IMG/VR virus record: IMGVR_UViG_3300034061_002899
Direction: 5' to 3' (one strand)
DNA length: 64,000 bases
Source of the DNA: a virus
Shown here: piece after piece, positions 58,501 through 64,000 of the stretch
Position numbering within the stretch: the stretch's first letter is position 1
Layout: each line of letters begins with the position of its first letter
Notes under the pieces: model-generated
Seen by the model: the letters and a program-made list of their open reading frames with translations, nothing else
Databases searched by the model: none
What the model was told of the DNA's origin: nothing
Made by a program: the position numbers and the translations under genes

Positions 58501-60646
58501 TTGGAACTAAGTTGATATTTTGATTTGTGCCGGTAGCAGTAATTGTTACACCACTAGTTCTACCAACAATTAAATCTGTAACAACGTTTGCACTAGTTTG
58601 AATATTACCTGATGCAGTAACACTAGATAGTGTACCTACACTTGTGATGTTTGGCTGTGCGGCTGTTGTTAATGTACCAGCAACAAAGTTTGCTGTTAGT
58701 AAATTACCTGCATTAACGTTTCCTGCACTTGCGTTCCCTGTTACAGCTAATGAACTTAATGTGCCAACACTTGTTATGTTTGGTTGTGAGGCTGTTGTAA
58801 GTGTGCCAGTTAATAAACTAGCACCAATTGTACCTGAGTTAGCATAAACATTACCTGCAGTTGTATTACCCGTTACTGCTACAGAAGTTAAAGTTCCAAC
58901 ACTAGTAACGTTTGGCTGTGATCCTGTAGTTAAACTACCTGCAACAGTTGTAAACACACCTGCGGCTGCTCCAATATTTCCAACGTTCGCATTACCAGTT
59001 ACGCTTAATGCTCCAGCAGTAGTTAAGTTGCCACCAGTTACATTACCTGTTGCTACTACTGCACCAGCCGTTGTTAAGTTGCCACCAGTTACGTTACCAG
59101 TTGCAACGATTAAACCTGCAGTACCTAAGTTACCAACATTAGCATTACCTGTTGCATTTAATGTACCTGATATATTTGCACCAGTGTTTGTAACTACTAA
59201 TTCAACAGTGCTGCCGGCTGCTTGAATTGAAACGTTGCCGTTAGCAGTGATTGCGATATTGCTATTACCGTTCTGTAACAATCCACTATTGATAGTTGTG
59301 ATGTTACCAGTAGTTGCGATTAGAGTAGTTGTACCTAAGTTACCTGTATTTGCATTGCCAGTTACGCTCAATGCGCCGGCAGTAGTTAAGTTGCCGCCAG
59401 TTACATTACCTGTTGCTACTACTGCACCAGCCGTTGTTAAGTTACCACCTGACACATTACCTGTTGCTGTGATAAGACCGGCTGTTCCTAAATTACCAAC
59501 GTTAGCGTTGCCTGTTACTGATAACACACCACCAGTTGATATGTTACCTGCTGAAGCATTACCTGTCACCGTTAATGAGGTTAGTGAACCAACACTTGTA
59601 ATATTAGGTTGTGCGGCTGTTGTAACAGTACCTGCTGTTGTGGCTGCACCACTTAATGTCGCTGTGATGATGTTTGCGCTAAAACTTCCGTCAGTATCAC
59701 GAATTACTACTGTATTTCCTGTTGCCGCTGTTGCTGTGCTATAGCCATCAAGTAAGTCAGCGTTTAAGTTTGTTACTTTGGTCGTTGATGCAACTACAAA
59801 TGGTGCAGTGCCTGTTGTTACGTTTGATTCTAATGTTGAAGCAACTACTTTACCTGCTGTATTAAAATTACCTGCGCTGACATTACCTGTAACAGTTAAA
59901 TCAACAAGAGTACCAACACTAGTAATATTTGGTTGTGATGCATCTGTTACTTCTGCGGCAAAAGCGGCAAAGTTAGCATTTGAAATATTACCACTAATGT
60001 TACCAGTAATGTTACCACCAGGAATGTTAGTTAATCCAGCACCGTTACCATAAAATGCTCCGGTGTTTGCAATGACATTTGATGCAGTAAGATTGCCATT
60101 GACACCTAATGTTGATAATGTACCAACACTTGTAATATTTGGTTGTGCATTAGTAATTAGAGAACCAGCTAAAGTTGTTGCTACAATACCAGTAGCACCC
60201 AAGTTACCTACATTAGCGTTTCCAGTAGCATTCAGTGTACCGGTGATATTTGCTCCGGTAGATGTTACTACCAATACGTTAGCTACACCTGCTACACTTG
60301 TTGTTATATTACCACTTACACCAACAATATCAACATTACTTGTTCCGTTTGCAATACTAGAAACTGCAATATCTCCAGCAATCAATGTTCCAGTGACCGT
60401 TAGATTTGCAACTGTCATTAAATCTGTTGTTTTGTCAAACGTTAAGTTAGCATCCTGTCCCAACGAGCCAGCATCATTGAAAAATACACTTCCATTTCCA
60501 GTAGCGGTGAACGTAGGTATTGAGGTGGTGTTGCCAGCACTGTCTTTAATTGTTAGTTGATCGGATCCATTAAGGAATACTGTACCTTTTCCAGCAGGCG
60601 GTGTTGGTACTGAGTTAGCGTTTTCTTGTTTTAAAATTAATGACAT
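49502..60646 (-). CDS. Giant repeat-rich tail fibre-like protein with C-terminal chaperone/autocleavage-like domain
   Basis: 3714 aa; over 20 AQPNITSVGTL repeats; three ATKQYVDD...QFSGAG modules; C-terminal YADLAE.Y...GRVP.KV. Confidence 0.8.
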   Translation of the reverse strand: MSLILKQENANSVPTPPAGKGTVFLNGSDQLTIKDSAGNTTSIPTFTATGNGSVFFNDAGSLGQDANLTFDKTTDLMTVANLTVTGTLIAGDIAVSSIANGTSNVDIVGVSGNITTSVAGVANVLVVTSTGANITGTLNATGNANVGNLGATGIVATTLAGSLITNAQPNITSVGTLSTLGVNGNLTASNVIANTGAFYGNGAGLTNIPGGNITGNISGNISNANFAAFAAEVTDASQPNITSVGTLVDLTVTGNVSAGNFNTAGKVVASTLESNVTTGTAPFVVASTTKVTNLNADLLDGYSTATAATGNTVVIRDTDGSFSANIITATLSGAATTAGTVTTAAQPNITSVGSLTSLTVTGNASAGNISTGGVLSVTGNANVGNLGTAGLITATGNVSGGNLTTAGAVVATGNVTGGNLTTAGALSVTGNANTGNLGTTTLIATTGNITTINSGLLQNGNSNIAITANGNVSIQAAGSTVELVVTNTGANISGTLNATGNANVGNLGTAGLIVATGNVTGGNLTTAGAVVATGNVTGGNLTTAGALSVTGNANVGNIGAAAGVFTTVAGSLTTGSQPNVTSVGTLTSVAVTGNTTAGNVYANSGTIGASLLTGTLTTASQPNITSVGTLSSLAVTGNASAGNVNAGNLLTANFVAGTLTTAAQPNITSVGTLSSVTASGNIQTSANVVTDLIVGRTSGVTITATGTNQNINLVPTGTGKVNVGNFIISNVATPVASTDAATKQYVDDVAQGLHTHDSCNAATSTTLAVASGGTITYNNGTSGVGATLTTTGSYTTIDGVTLSNGMRILVKNEANTAHNGIYDRTSSTVLTRSTDFDTPTEMAGGDFTFVTAGTLYDNTGWVMPDPVTTVGTSPVVWVQFSGAGTFTAGTGLTLTGSQFSITNTAVTAGSYGNGDSVGSFTVNGQGQLTAAANVAITANAANLSGTTLKSTVVNSSLTSVGTLTSLAVTGNASAGNLNTAGAVVGSTLTSNVATGTAPLTVTSTTRVSNLNVAYANVADNINVAAGTGNNFLIFANAATGNVAEITSTGLTANLSNNSITATTFVGALSGAATSATTAGTVTTAAQPNITSVGTLSSLAVTGNISAGNVSATTFTGALSGAATTAGTVTTAAQPNITSVGTLTSLGVTGNISAGNVSATTFTGALSGAATTAGTVTTNAQPNITSVGTLSSLAVTGNLSSGNANLGNAARANFFIGDGSLLTNIPIGTSLSNGNSNVSIPAANGNVNISSAGNANIAIVTGTGVNVAGTLNATGNANVGNIGATNGVFTNVSGNGSSLSSITGANVTGAVAFATTANAVAGANVSGQVGNALVAGTVYTNAQPNITSVGTLSSLAVTGNASAGNLNTAGAVVASTLTSNIATGTAPLTVTSTTRVSNLNVAYANVADTINVVAGTGNNFLIFANAATGNVAELTSTGLVANLSNNSITATTFVGALSGAATSATTAGTVTTAAQSNITSVGTLTSLNVSGTVTAPAFTANTGVFTGNGSGLSAIAGANVTGTVSSATAATNASALLQNTSTATTVYPTFSTSSANGNSSAVINTGISANLGNASITATTFVGALSGAATSATTAGTVTTAAQPNITSVGTLTSLGVSGTVTASAFTANTGVFTGNGSGLSAIAGANVTGAVSFASTANAVAGANVSGQVANALVAGTVYTAAQPNITSVGTLTGLGVNGTITGVNITANTGVFTGNGSGLSAIAGANVTGTVSSATTAGTVTTAAQPNITSVGTLTSATVTGNVAAGNLTTTGVLSVTGTGVSSIAGNLDMTSNTIINLATPTNSSDAATKQYVDDVAQGLHIHASCNAATQTTLATISGGTVTYNNGTAGVGATLTTTGSYTTIDGVTLSNGMRILVKNEATQANNGIYVRTSSTVLTRATDFDTAAEIAGGDFTFVTAGTLYNSTGWVQIDDVTTVGTDPIVWEQFSGAGTYQAGTGLTLTGSTFSVNASQTQVTAVGTLTGLNSSGTITAPAFTANTGVFTGNGSGLSAIAGANVTGTVSSATTAGTVTTAAQPNITSVSTSFSGLTFVANAQITMSGAGSQISGVNLVSANSFSGNGSSITGINASSIASGTLAQARLANSTLTLGNTTLTLGGTTTTVAGLSSVTSTTFVGALTGAATSATTAGTVTTAAQPNITSVGTLSSLAVTGNGTFGNINTSGTETATRFISNIATGTAPLTVTSTTRVANLNVDYANVADFISVAAGTGNNFLIFANAATGNVSELTSTGLVANLSNNSITATTFVGALSGAATSATTAGTVTTAAQSNITSVGTLTGLLVGATAAQVDFPNAKAIISQDNSGQTHSENIGVVGEAVADSGNANTWGIGVLGEARANGATKATGVQGGGYVTNSADTGAAVGVRGYSTQTHSGGYNIGVLGNASGSGIGSYAFYVQAGNIGSIETATIWDLVDNSNAALTFNSTGKANIFGIETTDGAEGIYTQGYLNVTGNAAVGGIKTNNYYYANGSPVDFQQAGGSNAQIQFNDADAFGGSAAFTFNKTSNVVQIGNALSVVGNANIGNIGTGGLITATGNIGGGNLVTGGLVTATGNVTGGNLTTGGLVTATGNVTAGNLVTGGIVSATGNGTFGNISTGTANVVNLNVSGNVTSALLPNVDVTYDLGSNTQRWKDIYLSNSTIYLGNARMTSNGSAISMSGNVAGANLITTGSLSVGGNANVGNLGTSGLITATGNITGGNVIGTLLTGTLTTNAQPNITSVGTLTSVSVSGNANIGNIGTGGLIAATGNITGGNLITGGVISATGNANVGNIGATGVFATTLSSSGNANVGNLGTAGLITATGNLNAGNVITAGIVSATGNGTFGNVSATTFTGALSGAATTAGTVTTAAQPNITSVGTLTSVSVSGNANVGNIGAAAGIFTTVAGSLTTAAQPNITSVGTLTSVSVSGNANVGNLGTGGLITATGNITGGNLTTGGLVSATGNIVTNANLVTDLIVGRTTGVSITATGTNQNINLTPTGTGKVNVGNFIISNVGTPIASTDAATKQYVDDIAQGLHVHASCNAATQTTLASISGGTVTYNNGTAGVGATLTTTGSYTTIDGVTLTNGMRILVKNEATAANNGIYVRTSSTVLTRATDFDTGAEIQGGDFTFVTAGTLYNSTGWVQTDEVTTIGTDPIEWVQFSGAGEYTAGTGLTLTGGAFSITNTAVSAGSYGNGDAVASFTVNGQGQLTAAANVAITANAANLSGTTLKSTVVTSSLTSVGTLGSLAVTGNISAGNVSATTFTGALSGAATTAGTVTTAAQPNITSVGTLTSLAVTGNISAGNVSATTFTGALSGAATSATTAGTVTTAAQPNITSVGTLTSLAVTGNISAGNVSATTFTGALSGAATSATTAGTVTTAAQPNITSVGTLTGLGVNGTVTASAFTANTGVFTGNGSSLTALNASNISSGTLAQARLANSSLTVNGTAISLGGSGTITATATNALTIGTGLGGTSYNGSSAVTITNTGVTSIVAGTNIAVSGATGGVTVSVTGTVASATTAGTVTTAAQPNITSVGTLTGLTLSGTLTGAVQIGTGTATHFGTTLTTGANTTAGTVTGNWTLSAGSRLNATYADLAEKYTADADYEPGTVLVFGGEHEVTLSTETDSFRVAGVVTTNPAYTMNNGCEGEHVATIALQGRVPAKVIGPIFKGDLLVSTGNGYATANNIARAGTIIGKSLENFTGASGIVEVAVGRF

Positions 60647-60683
60647 AAATTATCCTATTATATGTATTTATCTTTTTTTGAAT

Positions 60684-61145
60684 TCATAATTCTATAAGTA
60701 TCCCATCAACTTCCAATGCACCATCAATTGTAATGGGTATAGTAAAAAGTCCTTGAAAGTTATTTGATACTGTATACGACTCTCCTACGGGAATAAAGTA
60801 CGGCATAGGTGCCGCTAAATTACTAGTTGCAGATACCGAAGTGAAGGCTAAGTTTCCCAATCCATCAGTAGTTACTACTTGTCCATTAGAACCGCCGGTA
60901 ATCTTTACATTGCCAACATTGCCAAGATTACTTATACCATTAACTGTTAGTGAACTCAGAGTAAGAGCATTACTCCAAACTCTGCTATTGCTTGTGCTTA
61001 TTGTCAATACTGAGTTATTTGCGCCCGCGCCAAGACTTGGTTCTGCTTCACTAAGTCCTAAGAACAGATGGCGGTCATTAGTCAGACTACTATATGGAGT
61101 AACCGGAACTCGACCACTTAACAGCTTTGCATTATTAATTGCCAT
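60684..61145 (-). CDS. Virion structural protein
   Basis: LLSGRV, AEP.LG, LGNVGNVKITGG.NGQV.TTDG.GNL.F fibre motif. Confidence 0.7.
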   Translation of the reverse strand: MAINNAKLLSGRVPVTPYSSLTNDRHLFLGLSEAEPSLGAGANNSVLTISTSNSRVWSNALTLSSLTVNGISNLGNVGNVKITGGSNGQVVTTDGLGNLAFTSVSATSNLAAPMPYFIPVGESYTVSNNFQGLFTIPITIDGALEVDGILIEL

Positions 61146-61148
61146 ATT

Positions 61149-61487
61149 TTATGATCCAGTAACCAATGTTTCTAAATAACTCAACACCAATTGTGAGCTG
61201 TTATTAGCACTACTTGTAAATTGCAATGTATCTCCAAAGTTTAAAATTAAGCGTCCGGTTAGTACTGTGATAGCGTCATTGACCGGAACACTAGCTAGAT
61301 TAATAAGAGATGTATAATTGTTTGAACGATTAACTCCAGCTGATATTTGTACAGTACTGTTACCAGTATTACTAACTTGGGCCATCAAAACAACCGTAGA
61401 ATAACCTACAGGTGGTGTATACACATTGGCTGTAGTCGTTGTCAAATTTTCTAATGTCGTTTTAAAATTATTTAATGCGGCTGGCAT
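61149..61487 (-). CDS. Small virion structural protein
   Basis: VYT.P.GYS.VVL.AQV.N...L.LSYLET motif. Confidence 0.7.
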   Translation of the reverse strand: MPAALNNFKTTLENLTTTTANVYTPPVGYSTVVLMAQVSNTGNSTVQISAGVNRSNNYTSLINLASVPVNDAITVLTGRLILNFGDTLQFTSSANNSSQLVLSYLETLVTGS

Positions 61488-61512
61488 AATCTTCCTTTAT
61501 TCTTTATTATAT

Positions 61513-62763
61513 TTAATCGCTACCCAACGCCAATATAAATGGTGTCATTTGAGCAAATAAACTTACATAAAAATCGGTACCTGTAATAGTACCAGTAGCT
61601 TGACTGATTGTAAATCCATCACCTACTTTAAAATTTCCTTTTTGATCTGTACTTGTAAATGTTATGACTGCTCCATTGGTAGCGATAACTTCATTTGCTT
61701 CGATAGGTATACCACCATATTGTGGTAATGCTGTTGCAGGATTAGTTCCAGCTCCTACATATTCAAATGTATGAGCACTTGCTATGATTGAGCTTCTTAC
61801 AAAAAATTCAATATTTGTACCAGGTGCCGGAGTCCCGTTATAAATTTGTTGTATTACTACTGTTGATTTTCCAGCACTTGGTTGATTAGGTAAAATAGTA
61901 TCAATGGTATAATAAGTTGGATCCCCATCAACAAGCATAACAGTATTTACATGTGGTTGACCATTAGTCAAAGTATTAAGCACAAATGTTCCAAACTGTT
62001 CTGATTCTAATGTTCCAGATGTTTGCAACGGTCCAACACCGTCAGCAATTAAACCATAGTTACCAATAGAACAATCGCTACCATTTAATGTACAGAATCC
62101 ACCGGATTCTACTTCAATACCAATATCACATGCAATAGTGTAAATGTTAACTAACTGACTGTAGCCTGAATTTACAATATGTATACCTTTACCACCGCGA
62201 TTGATAATAGTAAAGAATCCTACAATCATTGCCTTAGTGCTTATACTACTGACATTGTTACCATCAATATAAACAGCAGTACCAGTCGTAGTACTTGATG
62301 TTAAATTCTGTATGTATGGGCTTACAAATACATTCTGTGACGGTGTCGATGGGTCATAGCTAAATCCATTAGCTGTATAATCTTTAATTGTGATACCCCA
62401 AACATAAGAACCGTTTTTTACATAAAATAAATCAGATGATGGAGTTTGTGGTATTACAAATACACTTCTTAAATTGTCACCCATCAATGATACATTAGCA
62501 GGAATAGTAACAGGATTTGCTTCAGTATAAGTGCCCGGAGCAACATGAACTGCAATGTTTCCAGCCGCTGCCGCAGTCAGTGCGGCTTTGATAGTTAAGA
62601 ACGGGCTATTAATACTACCGTTATTACTATCATTACCGTTTTTACCAACGTAGATAATGTTTTGTGATGTATCTAATAGATTGCCGTCGGCATCAAATAC
62701 AACTTTGTTGGTACCATTACCTACGCTATAACCAGCTTCTGAATTAAAAGGTCTTATTGCCAT
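61513..62763 (-). CDS. Pectin-lyase-like beta-helix structural protein
   Basis: YV.KNG.DSN.G....PF.TI..A, PGTYTE, GD.LR, SPYIQN, FTSTDQ.GNF.VG. Confidence 0.75.
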   Translation of the reverse strand: MAIRPFNSEAGYSVGNGTNKVVFDADGNLLDTSQNIIYVGKNGNDSNNGSINSPFLTIKAALTAAAAGNIAVHVAPGTYTEANPVTIPANVSLMGDNLRSVFVIPQTPSSDLFYVKNGSYVWGITIKDYTANGFSYDPSTPSQNVFVSPYIQNLTSSTTTGTAVYIDGNNVSSISTKAMIVGFFTIINRGGKGIHIVNSGYSQLVNIYTIACDIGIEVESGGFCTLNGSDCSIGNYGLIADGVGPLQTSGTLESEQFGTFVLNTLTNGQPHVNTVMLVDGDPTYYTIDTILPNQPSAGKSTVVIQQIYNGTPAPGTNIEFFVRSSIIASAHTFEYVGAGTNPATALPQYGGIPIEANEVIATNGAVITFTSTDQKGNFKVGDGFTISQATGTITGTDFYVSLFAQMTPFILALGSD

Positions 62764-62773
62764 TTGTTACCTC

Positions 62774-64000
62774 TTAAATCAATCTGTATTGTGTTGTCCA
62801 AACAGTTGAATTACTACTTGCCGGTGTCACTTGTAACCTTACAGTTGAACCAACAACGTTGACTGCTAAACTACCTGTATATCCACCTAATTGACTAGAT
62901 CCATATATTGCATAGTCTGCATTAGTTCCATCTGTTACTGCTAAAACAGTTGCTACACTATATTTTGATCCGGTAGAATCAATACCTTTAACCAAATATT
63001 CGATACCAGTAACTCCGGTAATATTGAAACTAGCAATCGTTTGATTAGCAGAAATAGATGAAGTTGTTAGTGTGCCAGTTGTGATTGTAGTATTAGCAAT
63101 TACTACTGAAGTATTTGCACTAAATGTAGGTGAAACAATATTGCCACTAAAGTTAGCTGTATTACCATTGATAAGATTTGTAACGCTGATGTTGTTTGCA
63201 TTAGCAATATTACCCTGAACAACCAAATCGTTAGCAAAGTTGCCATAATTAGCAGTTACTAAGTTACCTAAATTAGCATTTAATGCTATAATGTTACCAG
63301 TAAAATTAGCTGTATTACCATCTAATTGTAAATTAACTGTTAAATTACTTGTAGTTATGTTACTTGCAATGTTCGCAAAGTTAGCAATTATTAAATTACC
63401 TAAGTTTGCATTGGCAGCAGTTAAGTTGCCACTGAAGTTTGCAACATTACCACTTAGTGTAGTGTTAACTTGTAGATTTGCTATTACAACGTTACCACTG
63501 AAGTTTGCTGTGTTACCACTTAACTCTAAGTTAACTGTTGCATTGTTTACTAATAAGTTAGCATTTGCGCTGATATTGGCAGCAATAATGTTACCCGACG
63601 CTTCAAAGTCAATCGCCGTTACTTTAGCATTGCTATTAACATTACCTGCTAATACATTACCTGTCAAGTCTACACTAGTACCAGTTGCCGCACCGATGTT
63701 TGGTGTAGTGAACTGAGCATTTGCTTTGACGATAACATTACCACCACTGATTTCAGTTGTGATATTATCAACGTTTACACTGAATACTGTACCAGTTAAT
63801 GTTAAACCTTGGCCTGCTGTATATTCACCAGCACCACTGAATTGATCCCAAACAATAGGATCTGTACCTACTGTATTAACTTCATCAATCTGCACCCAAC
63901 CTGTTGAGTTATATGTTGTACCACCAGTAACGAATGTAAAATCTCCGCCTTGAATCTCGGCAGCAGTATCAAAGTCAGTAGCACGTGTAAGTGTAGTGCC
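62774..64000 (-). CDS. Tail fibre-like protein (partial, runs off the window end)
   Basis: Frame is open to position 64000 (GTTLTRATDFDTAAEIQGGDFTFV...); shares the module of the giant protein. Confidence 0.8.
   Translation of the reverse strand, partial: GTTLTRATDFDTAAEIQGGDFTFVTGGTTYNSTGWVQIDEVNTVGTDPIVWDQFSGAGEYTAGQGLTLTGTVFSVNVDNITTEISGGNVIVKANAQFTTPNIGAATGTSVDLTGNVLAGNVNSNAKVTAIDFEASGNIIAANISANANLLVNNATVNLELSGNTANFSGNVVIANLQVNTTLSGNVANFSGNLTAANANLGNLIIANFANIASNITTSNLTVNLQLDGNTANFTGNIIALNANLGNLVTANYGNFANDLVVQGNIANANNISVTNLINGNTANFSGNIVSPTFSANTSVVIANTTITTGTLTTSSISANQTIASFNITGVTGIEYLVKGIDSTGSKYSVATVLAVTDGTNADYAIYGSSQLGGYTGSLAVNVVGSTVRLQVTPASSNSTVWTTQYRLI

Noticed and set aside
49530-63716. 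Many plus-strand ORFs opposite the fibre genes
   Set aside because: Antisense shadows of GGT/ACT/AAC-rich repetitive coding sequence, with no SD or domain features.
1-64000. CRISPR array, rRNA, integrase/transposase, or introns/inteins in nrdA/nrdB
   Set aside because: No regularly spaced repeat-spacer units, rRNA motifs or recombinase motifs were seen; NrdA and NrdB are uninterrupted and of normal length.

Overview
A 64-kb segment of a large, AT-rich tailed phage, T4-like or jumbo type. The host is probably a Proteobacterium, inferred from the RpoZ, IscU, glutaredoxin and NrdAB sequences. Layout: (1) plus-strand tail-fibre-like structural genes (1-4.2 kb); (2) a minus-strand early region of small ORFs with many near-consensus sigma70 promoters, including an ArfA-like peptide; (3) sugar/modification enzymes and a phage rpoZ; (4) a ~10-kb minus-strand array of 27 tRNAs covering all 20 amino acids, interleaved with HNH nucleases, dioxygenase-like genes and several unassigned structured RNAs; (5) a modification-enzyme cluster (two desaturases, PP-loop, GNAT, dioxygenases, sulfotransferase-like); (6) iscU, SleB hydrolase, a possibly split structural gene, PAAR, glutaredoxin, nrdBA; (7) a 3714-aa repeat-rich fibre and other virion proteins. 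Top observation: the tRNA array is preceded by an unannotated 45-aa leader ORF that uses all 20 amino acids. Its stop-codon region forms an antiterminator mutually exclusive with an intrinsic terminator, which suggests a ribosome-dependent attenuator that switches on the phage tRNA set when any host tRNA is depleted. Second: iscU carries a 9-nt GGT-TAG-TTA-GGT insertion next to an overlapping HNH gene, resembling a miniature T4 gene-60/mobA bypass cassette. All assignments were made by eye, without database searches.
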